The translations under genes and the position numbers were made by a program. Below are positions 36,069-45,449 of a stretch of DNA of 64,000 nt, piece by piece. The DNA comes from Myxococcota bacterium (lineage in GTDB: Bacteria; Myxococcota; Myxococcia; Myxococcales; Myxococcaceae). The first letter of the stretch is position 1. The number at the start of each line of letters is the position of its first letter. Location: the NCBI GenBank assembly GCA_049322255.1, contig JBMORE010000167.1:1-64000 (forward strand), in the 5' to 3' direction. The notes under the pieces are model-generated. The model saw only the letters and a list, made by a program, of their open reading frames with translations. It did not search any database and was not told the origin of the DNA.

Positions 36069-37460
36069 ATGCAAACTTGCTTGACCGTCCTGTTGTGGTC
36101 TTTCGCCGCCATCGCTGCGCCGAAAACGTTCCGCGTCGATTTCTTCCACACCGGCAACGCCACCGAAGAGCGCTTCAGCCTCGACCGCCTGGTGGTCGAG
36201 CCGCTCGATTGGCCGGGGGATTTGGGCCAGCCGCTCGATGAAACCAATTCGGGCAAGTATCTCTTCGAGGTGCGAGACCGCGAGACGAACCGGCTCGTGT
36301 ACTCGCGGGGCTTCTCCTCCATCTACGGCGAGTGGGAGACGACCGCGGAGGCGAAGGAGATGAATCGCACTTTCCACGAGTCCTTGCGCTTTCCCACCCC
36401 CGAGCGCCCGGTGCAGGTCTTGCTCAAGAAGCGTGACGCCAAGCTCGCCTTCCGCGAGGTGTGGTCGCTAACGGTCGACCCCAAGGACATGTTCGTCGAC
36501 CCTTCACGCCCCGCATCGGTAGGGCCGCTCATCGAGCTGCAAAAGAAAGGAGAGCCGAGCAGGAAGGTCGACCTGCTCATTCTCGGTGACGGCTACACCG
36601 CGGCCCAGCGGGGAAAGTTCGAGAAGGACGCACGCCGGCTGGTGGAGGTGCTCTTCACCTACTCGCCCTTCAAGGAGCGGCGTAACGACTTCAACGTCTG
36701 GGGCCTATGCCCGCCCGCAGAGGAGAGCGGCATCTCCCGGCCCTCCACCGGCGTGCACCGGCGCACGCGGGTGGGCGCCACCTACGACGCCTTCGGCAGC
36801 GAGCGCTACATTCTCACCTTCGACAACCGCTCCTTCCGTGATGTGGCTGCTTTTGCGCCCTATGAGCTGGTGGAGATTCTCGCCAACAACGACACCTACG
36901 GGGGCGGCGGCATCTTCAACCTCTTCTCCACTGTCTCCGCTGACAGCGCTTTTTCGCCCTACGTCTTCGTGCACGAGCTGGGGCACCACATCGCCGGGCT
37001 GGCCGACGAGTACTTCACCTCGGAGTCGGCGTACGAAAGCCCGACCGACCGGCCCGAGCCCTGGGAGCCCAACGTCACCGCGCTCGCCGACCCGGCCAAC
37101 GTGAAGTGGAAGGCGTACCTTGCGGAGAAGGTGCCGCTGCCCACGCCCTGGCAGAAGGACCAATGGGTGGAGTGGCAAAAGGAGGTGCAGGCGCGGCGGA
37201 AGAAAATTCGCGCCGAGCGTCGCCCGGAGAAGGAGATGAACGCGCTGTTCCGCGAGGAGAAGGTCAAGGCCACTCAGTTCCTCTCCAGCGAGAAATACGC
37301 GGGCAAAGTAGGTGCCTTCGAGGGAGCGAACTACGAGCAGCGCGGCTACTTCCGCCCGCAGGCGGACTGCGTGATGTTCAGCCGTGACGACGTGCCCTTC
37401 TGTGCGGTGTGTCAGCACGCGCTCCACCGCATTCTCGACCTGTACGCGCCGCGACGCTGA
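36069..37460 (+). CDS. Peptidase family M64 (IgA peptidase-like) with N-terminal M64 domain
   Basis: Signal peptide; VDLLILGDGY, YGGGG, HELGH..LADEY, FEGA.Y..GYFRP..CVM..FCAVC. Confidence 0.93.
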   Translation: MQTCLTVLLWSFAAIAAPKTFRVDFFHTGNATEERFSLDRLVVEPLDWPGDLGQPLDETNSGKYLFEVRDRETNRLVYSRGFSSIYGEWETTAEAKEMNRTFHESLRFPTPERPVQVLLKKRDAKLAFREVWSLTVDPKDMFVDPSRPASVGPLIELQKKGEPSRKVDLLILGDGYTAAQRGKFEKDARRLVEVLFTYSPFKERRNDFNVWGLCPPAEESGISRPSTGVHRRTRVGATYDAFGSERYILTFDNRSFRDVAAFAPYELVEILANNDTYGGGGIFNLFSTVSADSAFSPYVFVHELGHHIAGLADEYFTSESAYESPTDRPEPWEPNVTALADPANVKWKAYLAEKVPLPTPWQKDQWVEWQKEVQARRKKIRAERRPEKEMNALFREEKVKATQFLSSEKYAGKVGAFEGANYEQRGYFRPQADCVMFSRDDVPFCAVCQHALHRILDLYAPRR

Positions 37461-37497
37461 GCTTCGGCAGTCGATCCGATCCCTGCGGATGGTCTAG

Positions 37498-37526
37498 TTG
37501 ACTTAGCTCTGCTTGGACAATAGCTT
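37498..37526 (+). promoter_or_regulatory. Sigma-70-type promoter of vapBC, probably giving a leaderless mRNA
   Basis: TTGACT-N17-TAGCTT ending 6 nt before GTG 37533; CTTAGC repeated at 37502 and 37524. Confidence 0.6.
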
Positions 37527-37532
37527 AGCCAT

Positions 37533-37766
37533 GTGTATACCGTGAACGTCCACGAGGCAAAAACCAAGCTTTCCAAGCTGTTGGCATTGGTCGAGAAGGG
37601 GGAGGAGGTCGTCATTGCCCGTAACGGTCGGCCTATCGCGCGACTGGTCCGGGCCGACGAACGTCCGGATCGTCGGGTGCCTGGTCTCGACAAGGGACGT
37701 ATCTGGTACGCGGATGACCTCGAGGCTCCTCTGCCAGATTCGATCGCGCGCGAGTTCGAGAAGTGA
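37533..37766 (+). CDS. vapB: Phd/YefM-family antitoxin
   Basis: VNVHEAKTKLSKLL..VEKGEEVVIARNGRPIARL. Confidence 0.93.
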   Translation: MYTVNVHEAKTKLSKLLALVEKGEEVVIARNGRPIARLVRADERPDRRVPGLDKGRIWYADDLEAPLPDSIAREFEK

Positions 37767-38149
37767 CGCACCTGCTCGACACGCACGTTCTCATCTGGTG
37801 GATCGCCAACGACCAGCGGATGTCGAGCCATGCGCGGGAGGTTCTCTCGGATCGAAGCAACCGCCTGTTGTGGAGCGCGGCCAGCACCTGGGAGCTTGCG
37901 ATCAAAGTCAGCCTGGGCAAGTTGAGGCTCCCTGAGTCGGTCGGCACCTTCGTGGAACGGCGCTTGGCGCAGAACAGCATCGACGTGCTTCAAATCTCCC
38001 ACGCGCACGCGGCGGCCGTTCAGGAGCTTCCTTACCATCATCGAGATCCCTTCGATCGCATGCTCGTGGCACAGGCGAAATCGGAGCAGGCCCGGCTTCT
38101 GACGGGAGATCCGTGGGTTCGCGCGTACGGCGTGGACGTTGCCTGGTAG
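37763..38149 (+). CDS. vapC: PIN-domain toxin
   Basis: LLDTHVLIW, SAASTWELAIK, HRDPFDRMLVAQA; GTGA overlap with the antitoxin. Confidence 0.95.
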   Translation: MTHLLDTHVLIWWIANDQRMSSHAREVLSDRSNRLLWSAASTWELAIKVSLGKLRLPESVGTFVERRLAQNSIDVLQISHAHAAAVQELPYHHRDPFDRMLVAQAKSEQARLLTGDPWVRAYGVDVAW

Positions 38150-38228
38150 TGAACGGCGTCGCCGGAGCGCCCGACCGCCCCCTCCCCTTCGACTTGGACC
38201 TGAACCTGATTTTTCCTATACGTCGCCC

Positions 38229-38864
38229 ATGAGACTCCCCGCGATATTTCTTGGCGCGATCGTTGGCGTGGAGGTGTGCGGCTGCAATTTCGTTCGTACC
38301 TGCGAACGAGACGAAGGCTGCGGCGAAGGTGCGGTTTGCGAGAACAGGTTGTGCGTTCGGGTCTCGGAAGAGGCGGACGGTGGCACTGACTTCGAGCAAG
38401 ACGGGGGCCCCGATAAAATCGATGCCGGCTCGACTCTGACTGGCGCTGGCGCCTTCACTGTGCGGACGGCGCTCGCCTTCCGGACCGAGTACGGCTTCGA
38501 CGTGCGGCTCGACGACGAGGCGTTCGACTGCGACAACGCCCTTCAAAATCTCGCGTTGGTCGACGAGTACCTCAAAATTAGACTGAATGCGCCCGAGGGT
38601 CTGACGCCAGGCATGGTTCTCGAGGATCGCGACGTTTTTTCACCGGACGCATCCCACACCGGCTCCCTCGTTCAGTGGGTCATCATCAAATTCGACATGA
38701 CTCGCAACAGCGCCGGATACCGCATCGAGATCGTTTCGCTCGACGCCAGCGCGCTCGCCATGCGGTTCTACGCCGACTTCCTGAGCAACGGGTTCGATCC
38801 CACTTCCTCGCGCACCGATGTGATCGAGGGCGACATCATGGCCACCATCTGTTCCCCTCAATAG
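38229..38864 (+). CDS. Hypothetical lipoprotein with short Cys module
   Basis: Leader ending VCGC; CERDEGCGEGAVCENRLC; DGG/DAG linker. Confidence 0.7.
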   Translation: MRLPAIFLGAIVGVEVCGCNFVRTCERDEGCGEGAVCENRLCVRVSEEADGGTDFEQDGGPDKIDAGSTLTGAGAFTVRTALAFRTEYGFDVRLDDEAFDCDNALQNLALVDEYLKIRLNAPEGLTPGMVLEDRDVFSPDASHTGSLVQWVIIKFDMTRNSAGYRIEIVSLDASALAMRFYADFLSNGFDPTSSRTDVIEGDIMATICSPQ

Positions 38865-38865
38865 G

Positions 38866-39387
38866 TTAGGAAGACCGTAGGGCTTTCTCCATCCGTACGG
38901 AGCTGATGCGAACTCCCCTCTTAATCGCATACTCGTTGAACACACCGATTTCGCGGAAGCCGAACTTGCGGTGAAGGGCGATCGACCCTTCATTCGGCAA
39001 CGCGATCCCAACAACGGCACGATGGAGCTGCTCAGGCGTGAGAGACTTGAAGAGGGCCTCATAGAGCGCGGTTCCAAGTCCACGTCTTCGAGCGTCGGCC
39101 GCGAGATAGATGCTCGTCTCGACGGTCTCGCGGAACGCCGGGTGATCGCGATAGCGACTGCTGTAGGCGACGCCGAGCACGCGATCGCCTTGCTCGGCAA
39201 CCCACATTCGGTAGGGGCCCGTTTCCTTGTATGTGTCGAACCAAGAACGCTTCTGCTCTGGCTCCCACGGCTGCTCGTCGAACGTAATGTTCGTCTCCCG
39301 AACGTAATAGTTCACGATCTCAGTGAGAGGGACGAGGTCGGAAGACCTCGCAGGTCGAACCGTCGGGGTGCTGATCTCGCCGCTCAT
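38866..39387 (-). CDS. GNAT N-acetyltransferase (phosphinothricin acetyltransferase/YncA-like)
   Basis: ETSIYL..RRRGLGTALY, PNEGSIALHRKFGF. Confidence 0.9.
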   Translation of the reverse strand: MSGEISTPTVRPARSSDLVPLTEIVNYYVRETNITFDEQPWEPEQKRSWFDTYKETGPYRMWVAEQGDRVLGVAYSSRYRDHPAFRETVETSIYLAADARRRGLGTALYEALFKSLTPEQLHRAVVGIALPNEGSIALHRKFGFREIGVFNEYAIKRGVRISSVRMEKALRSS

Positions 39388-39686
39388 CGCCCACGACCTT
39401 CGCATGGCTCGAGCCGCATTTATCAAGGCGCAAAAGCCGCGGTGTCAGAACTTGAGCGGCGCACGAGAGCCTGCCCGACCGGCCCGAGCCGTCGGAGCTC
39501 AACGTCACCTCGTCCCCCGGCCGCGCCTGGTTAGTCTGCCGGGCGGCGAAGGCCGGCGACGTCCGCGGATCGAGCGAAGACGGGCTCCAGCTCCGCCTCG
39601 ACAGAGCTGCACGCGCCGGTTCGGATTGCGCCCTCTGGAAACGAGCGAAAAATACACTGCGAGATGACCGTGAAGGCGGACAGTCC

Positions 39687-41120
39687 TCAGTACACCGAGC
39701 TGCCGCGGCCGCTGGAGCGCAACGCCTTCACCTTGAGCTGCTTCACCGCGTCGCTCAAGGCATCGCCGCCGCCGGCGCCGCCGACAGAGAGCCCGAGGGC
39801 AGCGTCCTCCCCGCGGTCGGCCGCCATCGCGGGCGCTCCCGCCACCTGGTCGGCGAAGTCGTAGAGCTTCTCGTTCTCACGCAGCACCCGCTGCGCCTCC
39901 GCTCGCTGGCCCTTGGAGAGCAGGCCGGCGGCGGCCTGGAAGTTGGCCGCGGTCTGCGCCCGCACCGCGGTGACGGTGGCGTTCTTGTCGCGACGGGCGA
40001 GCACTTCTTCGCGGCGGTGGGTGACATGGGCGACCAGCTGCGCATCAGAGCGCACGTCGGCGTCGGCGACCAGGTCGCGATAGGCGAGCTTCAAGCTGGC
40101 CACGTCGATGCTCTGGCCGGCAGAGGCGGCCTCGAGAGAGACGCGCATCACCACCTTCTCCACCTGCCCGGAGGAAAAGTCGGGCAGCGGCACTTCGATG
40201 GTGTCGCCCACGCGGGTGAAGCGGTAGCCGAGCACTTCGCCCAAGCGGCTCCCCGGCGGCAGCTGGAAGGAGAGGGTGACGTTGCGGGCAATCATCGTCG
40301 AGGCTTGTTGCAAGTCTTTCTGGAACAGCCATGGCAGTGCCGTGGTGTCGCGGATGTAGCCATAACTGCCCGCGCCCAGCTCGGCGATGGCTTGCATCAG
40401 GTCTTCGTTGAAGTCGGTGCCCACTCCGATGGCGCTCACCGACACCCCGGAGGCGCGAATGTTCTGCACCAGCTGGGTCAGCGCCCGCTCGCTGGTCATT
40501 CCTTCGGTGGGCTGGCCGTCGCTGATGAGGATGAGCCGATTCACCTTGTACTCGGAAAGCGCCGCAGCGAGCTGCTTCTGGCCCGTTTTCAGCCCCGCGC
40601 CGATGTTGGTGCCGCCGTCGTCCCAGATGCCGTTGATGAAGCGGACCATCCGCACGCGGTTCTCATGGTCGGCAATCATGCTGGGCAGCGCGCGCACGTC
40701 CGAGCCGTAGTGCACGATGGCCAGCCGGTCGGCCTCGCCCAGCTGGTTCACCAGTAGCTGGGCGGCGGCCTTGGCGCGCTGCAGCTTCACCCCGTTCATC
40801 GAACCCGAGCGGTCGATGACCAGCGCGAGATTGACCGGGGTGCGCGCTCCCGGCACCTGCACTCCGGTGAGGTCCACGGTGACGAACGCGTCGGAGCGGC
40901 CTACGCCGACGTACGGGTGGGAGAGGCGACTTTCCATGCGAATCGAGCCGTCGGTTCGCACCGCGGGGGTCGGAACGGGCGCAGGAGGTGCCGGTGGAAG
41001 CGAAGGGGGCGTCGCCACTGGGGCGGGAGTGGGGCGCAAGGTTTTCTGCGGCAGGCCAATCACCAGCGCCAACAGGCCCAAGAGAGCGGCGGAGGCGAGG
41101 AAGGTCAGGGTACGATTCAT
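39687..41120 (-). CDS. Membrane-anchored von Willebrand factor A domain protein
   Basis: MIDAS DRSGSM, GGTNI, ISDG, GVGTDFNEDLM; N-terminal TM and Pro-rich linker. Confidence 0.92.
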   Translation of the reverse strand: MNRTLTFLASAALLGLLALVIGLPQKTLRPTPAPVATPPSLPPAPPAPVPTPAVRTDGSIRMESRLSHPYVGVGRSDAFVTVDLTGVQVPGARTPVNLALVIDRSGSMNGVKLQRAKAAAQLLVNQLGEADRLAIVHYGSDVRALPSMIADHENRVRMVRFINGIWDDGGTNIGAGLKTGQKQLAAALSEYKVNRLILISDGQPTEGMTSERALTQLVQNIRASGVSVSAIGVGTDFNEDLMQAIAELGAGSYGYIRDTTALPWLFQKDLQQASTMIARNVTLSFQLPPGSRLGEVLGYRFTRVGDTIEVPLPDFSSGQVEKVVMRVSLEAASAGQSIDVASLKLAYRDLVADADVRSDAQLVAHVTHRREEVLARRDKNATVTAVRAQTAANFQAAAGLLSKGQRAEAQRVLRENEKLYDFADQVAGAPAMAADRGEDAALGLSVGGAGGGDALSDAVKQLKVKALRSSGRGSSVY

Positions 41121-41177
41121 GGGCAACTCCGGTGGATGCCCGGCTTCAACGCACCAGCTGCTGAAAGGATCTACGTG

Positions 41178-41213
41178 CCCCCTCTCCCTCTGGGAGAGGG
41201 TTGGGGTGAGGGG
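41178..41213 (+). repeat. REP-like palindromic element, copy 3 (intergenic)
   Basis: CCCCCTCTCCC-TCT-GGGAGAGGG-TT-GGGGTGAGGGG. Confidence 0.88.
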
Positions 41214-41222
41214 CTTTATTTT

Positions 41223-41828
41223 TCAGTGAATCGCCGCGCGGATGGGCAAGGCGCCGAGGAGCGCCGCCTCGGCATCGAGCAGCTCCTCGAGCCGTGCCTG
41301 CGCCTGGGCGGGGGTGTGCGCTTGAGCGGCCAGGCGGAAGAAGAGCTCCTGGTGTCCGTCCTCCGACTGGGCCAGCTCGGCGTAGAAGCGACGCAGCTCG
41401 GCGTCGGCAAACCCTTGCGCCAACAACGCCAGCCGTTCGCAGCTTCGCGCCTCGATGATCGCCGCTACCAAAAGCCGATCGAGCCGGCGCTCGAGCTGCG
41501 AGGTGCGCACCAGCGCCTGCAAGCCCTGCGCGTACGGGTCTCCGGCATCGCGTCGAAGCTTGATGCCCCGGCGCTCCATCAACGCCAGCACCCGCGCCAA
41601 ATGGGCGCTCTCCTCGCGGGCCAGCCGCGCCATCTGCGCCGGCAGCCCCTCGACTTCCGGGTAAGCCTGGAGCATCGAGAGCGCGTTGGCCGCCGCCTTT
41701 TTTTCGCAGTGCGCGTGGTCCGACAGCACGGCATCGAGCTGGGACAGCGCGAGCGGCAGCCACGAGGGGTCGGTCGCGCAGCGCAGGAGCACGGGACCTT
41801 GTCCAGCCAGCGGGCGGTGCATGGGCAA
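41223..41828 (-). CDS. miaE: tRNA-(ms2io6A37) hydroxylase MiaE
   Basis: DHAHCEKKAA, LAREE..H, IIEARSCER, SEDGH di-iron motifs. Confidence 0.92.
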   Translation of the reverse strand: MPMHRPLAGQGPVLLRCATDPSWLPLALSQLDAVLSDHAHCEKKAAANALSMLQAYPEVEGLPAQMARLAREESAHLARVLALMERRGIKLRRDAGDPYAQGLQALVRTSQLERRLDRLLVAAIIEARSCERLALLAQGFADAELRRFYAELAQSEDGHQELFFRLAAQAHTPAQAQARLEELLDAEAALLGALPIRAAIH

Positions 41829-41834
41829 GAGCTC

Positions 41835-42674
41835 TTAGCTGGCGAACACCAGGCGCTGGGTCTTTCCCGGCAGGTAGCCCACCTTGCGCGCCACCCCGGA
41901 GAGCGAAGCGTCGGGCTCGTCGACACGCAAGGTCAGGCGTGGCAGCGAGGAGAGCAGGTGGCGTGAAATCTGTCCGAGCGAGAGCGTCGCGTGGCCGCGC
42001 CGCCGCTCGGTGGGCAGGGTGTACAAGCCCTCCAGCTCGGCGCCGTACTGCGAACGGCTGCCGACGTCGATTTTGAACACCAGGCGGCCCTCCATTCGCA
42101 AGACGTAGGTGCGCTGGCCGCGAATTCGTTGCAGCACCCGGGCCTTGAAAGCCTCGGGGTCCTCCGCCAACGGATGGCGTTCGAACCTCTCTTGCACCGC
42201 ATGCGCCGCCATCGCGACGAGCTCGCCGAAGTCCTCCTCGGTGGCCAGGCGCAAGGTGGGGTTGGTGAAAGGCCCCAAGTCGTCGGCGGAGACGGTGAAG
42301 AGCCGCTGGGTGCGGGAAAAGCGCGGGCGGCCTGGGCACAGCTGCCGCACCAGCTCGTCGACGGCGGGCTTGTCGCCCAGCGCGCTCTCTAGCCGCACCT
42401 TTCCGGCAAGGAAGCTGGCGATGTGTGCCAGGTGCGAAGGGTCGCTGGCCGAGGGCACCAAAAGCCCACCCGTGCCACCGACGAAGAGCGCAGCGGTGAG
42501 CTCCCTTCCTTGAAAGCGCCCGTAGAAGGCATGAGGAGGGCGCCCTGGCCGTGGCTGAATGCCGAACTCTTCCAAAAGCCCGAACAGGTAGAGGTTGTGG
42601 GACGGGTCCTTGGCCAAGAGCGTGCGGAGCGCATCGGCGTCCTGGGGGCCTAGTGGCTCGACGGTGGCGGACAT
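41835..42674 (-). CDS. GNAT-family acetyltransferase (DUF4081-like N-terminus)
   Basis: C-terminal GLYTLPTERRRGHAT acetyl-CoA motif; VFKIDVG. Confidence 0.8.
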   Translation of the reverse strand: MSATVEPLGPQDADALRTLLAKDPSHNLYLFGLLEEFGIQPRPGRPPHAFYGRFQGRELTAALFVGGTGGLLVPSASDPSHLAHIASFLAGKVRLESALGDKPAVDELVRQLCPGRPRFSRTQRLFTVSADDLGPFTNPTLRLATEEDFGELVAMAAHAVQERFERHPLAEDPEAFKARVLQRIRGQRTYVLRMEGRLVFKIDVGSRSQYGAELEGLYTLPTERRRGHATLSLGQISRHLLSSLPRLTLRVDEPDASLSGVARKVGYLPGKTQRLVFAS

Positions 42675-42695
42675 GGAGAGCGAGACGACCTTAGC

Positions 42696-43646
42696 TCATC
42701 CACCTCGCCAAAACGGGAGCAGCCGTTCGTTCAGCTCGGCTTCGGCGGCGACCACCGGCTGGCGTGGAATTCGGCTCAGCGAGAAACCCTCGACCAGCTC
42801 AGCGGCGCGTACCGGAGAGCCGTCACCCAGGCCGCTCCACCGAGCGAGCAGGCCGATGATGCGCTCGGCGGAAACTCCGGCCTGGCGCAAATCGGCGACG
42901 GCGAAGGCGCCCTCCCGTTTGGCGAGGCGCTGATGGTCCTCTCCCAAAAGCAAGGGCACGTGCGCAAACCGTGGCGGAGAGCGCTTCAGCGCGCGGTAGA
43001 GCTGCAGCTGGCGCGCGGTGGAGGACAAGAGGTCATCGGCACGCAGGACGTCGGTGATGCTGCTGTCGGCGTCGTCCACCACCACCGCGAGCTGGTAGCT
43101 CGCCACCCCGTCGGCGCGCCGCACCACGAAGTCTCCCACGGTGGCTTCCACGTCTTGAGATTGCTCGCCGTGCACCAAGTCGACGAAGCGCTCGACGCCG
43201 GGCTGGACGCGAAAGCGCAGCGTGGCCGGGCGCTCCTTCAGGCGGGCGGCCGTCTCTGTTTCCGGCCGTCTGGCGCAGGTGCCGGGGTAGCGCGGGCCCT
43301 CATCCGCTGGCCCGTGGGGGGCCGACGCCGCTCGGGCGACCTCGGCGCGCGAGCAAAAGCACGGGTAGGTCCGGCCCTCGCGCGAAAGCTGCTCCAGCGC
43401 CGCCCGGTAAGCTTCTTCGCGCTGGCTCTGAAAAAGCGGCGCCTCGTCCCAGGTCAGGCCCAAGAACTCCAGGTCGCGGAAAAGCTCGTCGACGAGCTCG
43501 GGCCGTGAGCGCGCGCGGTCGAGGTCTTCGATGCGCAAGAGAAATTGCCCACCCGCGGCGCGTGCCTGCAGCCAGCCCAAGAGGGCGGTGCGCGCATTGC
43601 CCAAGTGCATTCGCCCGGTGGGGCTGGGCGCGAACCTTCCCCGCAC
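42696..43646 (-). CDS. gluQ: Glutamyl-Q tRNA(Asp) synthetase
   Basis: GRFAPSPTG.MHLGN, LRIEDLD, YPCFCSR, YQLAVVVDD, RLAKR; 316 aa with no anticodon domain. Confidence 0.92.
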   Translation of the reverse strand: MRGRFAPSPTGRMHLGNARTALLGWLQARAAGGQFLLRIEDLDRARSRPELVDELFRDLEFLGLTWDEAPLFQSQREEAYRAALEQLSREGRTYPCFCSRAEVARAASAPHGPADEGPRYPGTCARRPETETAARLKERPATLRFRVQPGVERFVDLVHGEQSQDVEATVGDFVVRRADGVASYQLAVVVDDADSSITDVLRADDLLSSTARQLQLYRALKRSPPRFAHVPLLLGEDHQRLAKREGAFAVADLRQAGVSAERIIGLLARWSGLGDGSPVRAAELVEGFSLSRIPRQPVVAAEAELNERLLPFWRGG

Positions 43647-43648
43647 GA

Positions 43649-44902
43649 CTACTTCTTCTTCAGCGGTGTGCGTTTGGCGGGCGCGAGCGGGGTGCGGGGG
43701 CCCACGTCCTTCACCGGCTCGATGGGGGCTTCGATGTCGGCGGCGAGGTCTTTGCCAGGCTGCACGCCATACTTCGCCTCGGCGACTTTCGCCGTGCTGG
43801 CGACCGTGGACAAAGAGACCGGCGACGGCACCTTCACCGCCTCGCCCACCTTGCCGCCCTGCAGGGCCAGCTTGCCGGCCAGCGCGTAGAACTCCATGCC
43901 CGCCGAGAGCAGCTCGGTGTCGAAAGTGGAGCGCGGCAAGCGGCGGACCTCGCCGCTGTGCGCCGAAAAGAGGAACGCATCGAGCGCCAGACCCTTGCCT
44001 TCTTTGGAGAGCGCGCCGAAGAGAAGCAGCTCGGCCTGGGCAGCGCCGGCGTGGTCGCGTGCGGCCGCCACCACCTCGGCGTCGAGCTTGTTCTGCGCCA
44101 GGGTGGCCAGAATCTTCGATTCGGGGTCCTTCGCCGCCGTCTGCGCGCTCACCTTCGCCTGCTTGGCGCCGGCCACTTCGACCATGCCGCCGAGCACCTC
44201 ACCCGAAGGAAGGGAGACCTTCCACAGGTGCTGGCCGGCAGGCACCTCTTTGACTTGCAACGGGGTAGCGCCCAGCGGCACGCCGTCGACGGTCACCATC
44301 GCGCCCTGCGGCGTCGACTCCACCAAGAGCGAGCCCTTCGCCGACGTCTGCACGCGCCGGCGCTCGTCCTCCACCACTTTGGTGAAGAGCGCCGAGGTCT
44401 TCGCCAGCGGCAGCTCACGGGTGGGCGCGAGGGCGAGCGCGGTGGCCAGACTCTGACGGCCCTCTTCGTCGCGGCCGGTGTTGAACTGCACCGCCGAGAG
44501 CAACGCATACACGTCGACCAGCTCTCCGATGTCGGTGAGCCCCAAGCCGGCCGTCTTCAGCTCGGCGAGCGCCTGGGTGAGGGCCTCCTCGGCGAGGCGG
44601 AACTTGCGTTTCGCTCGGTGGGCTTGGGCCTCCCCCAGCAGCTTGCGGGCCTTCTCCAGCCCGGGGGCGAAGGGGTCGCCGGCGGCGGGCTTGTGCGCGG
44701 CCACCACCTGCACCCCGTCGGTGTTCTTGAGCTCGGTGGAAAGCATGCCCGCGGCCTTGAGGCCGGCGCGCTGGGGCACATCGCCAGAGAGCGCGGCGAA
44801 GGGGATGACCGCCAACTTCTTGGCCGCCGCCTCCTCCGTCTGCGCCAGCGAGGCGAAGGAAACCAGCGCACACACGGCCGCCGGGACGAGGGTTCTGTTC
44901 AT
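43649..44902 (-). CDS. Exported PEGA-domain protein with TPR-like region
   Basis: Signal peptide; LLVESTPQGAMVTVDG..GATPL..VPAGQH PEGA motif. Confidence 0.85.
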   Translation of the reverse strand: MNRTLVPAAVCALVSFASLAQTEEAAAKKLAVIPFAALSGDVPQRAGLKAAGMLSTELKNTDGVQVVAAHKPAAGDPFAPGLEKARKLLGEAQAHRAKRKFRLAEEALTQALAELKTAGLGLTDIGELVDVYALLSAVQFNTGRDEEGRQSLATALALAPTRELPLAKTSALFTKVVEDERRRVQTSAKGSLLVESTPQGAMVTVDGVPLGATPLQVKEVPAGQHLWKVSLPSGEVLGGMVEVAGAKQAKVSAQTAAKDPESKILATLAQNKLDAEVVAAARDHAGAAQAELLLFGALSKEGKGLALDAFLFSAHSGEVRRLPRSTFDTELLSAGMEFYALAGKLALQGGKVGEAVKVPSPVSLSTVASTAKVAEAKYGVQPGKDLAADIEAPIEPVKDVGPRTPLAPAKRTPLKKK

Positions 44903-45019
44903 GGCGCGGCGCAGACTAGCGCACAGGAGGGGTGTGCCCAACAGTCCCCCTTGCGCCGCGCTCGCCCGTGCTCAGGTTTGGGCCTTTCGTCGTTGGGTGG
45001 GCGTCGCCGGGGGTGCACG

Positions 45020-45412
45020 ATGGGAAAAGAGAAGGGGGTCATCTTGCTCGCGGAGGACGACCCGGATCAGGTCGAGGTGTTGAGCGAGTTTCTCCGCCAC
45101 GAAGGATACGAGGTGCTGGTGGCCGATCGCTCGCTCGAGGTCATTCGGCAGCTGCGGGAAAACCCCGACGTGGTGCTGCTCGACCTCATCGGGGTGTCGA
45201 GCCCCGCTCTGGTCCGCGCCCTTTTGGTGGCACCTTCACGCCCCGCGGTGGTGCTGGTGTCGGCGGACAGCGCGGTGGCCCAGAAGGCCAAGGAGCTGGG
45301 GGCAGCGGCCTACCTGGCCAAGCCCTTCGAGCTCGACCAGCTCATCGACCTCATCGAAGCGGCGATGCGCCCGCGGCGCGCCCGTCGAGTGGAGGAAACG
45401 TCGCATCCATGA
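45020..45412 (+). CDS. Single-domain response regulator
   Basis: ILLAEDD, PDVVLLDL, LVSA, YLAKPF. Confidence 0.9.
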   Translation: MGKEKGVILLAEDDPDQVEVLSEFLRHEGYEVLVADRSLEVIRQLRENPDVVLLDLIGVSSPALVRALLVAPSRPAVVLVSADSAVAQKAKELGAAAYLAKPFELDQLIDLIEAAMRPRRARRVEETSHP

Positions 45413-45449
45413 GGCAGGCGACCGGCCGGCAGTTACAATGCCGGGGCCG

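Noticed and set aside
33234..39430. Integron cassette array or prophage/IS island
   Set aside because: No integrase, transposase or attC-like sites recognised; the repeats are copies of a resident gene's 5' region.
19786..41213. CRISPR repeats
   Set aside because: Only three copies, about 10 kb apart, with no spacer periodicity and no cas genes.
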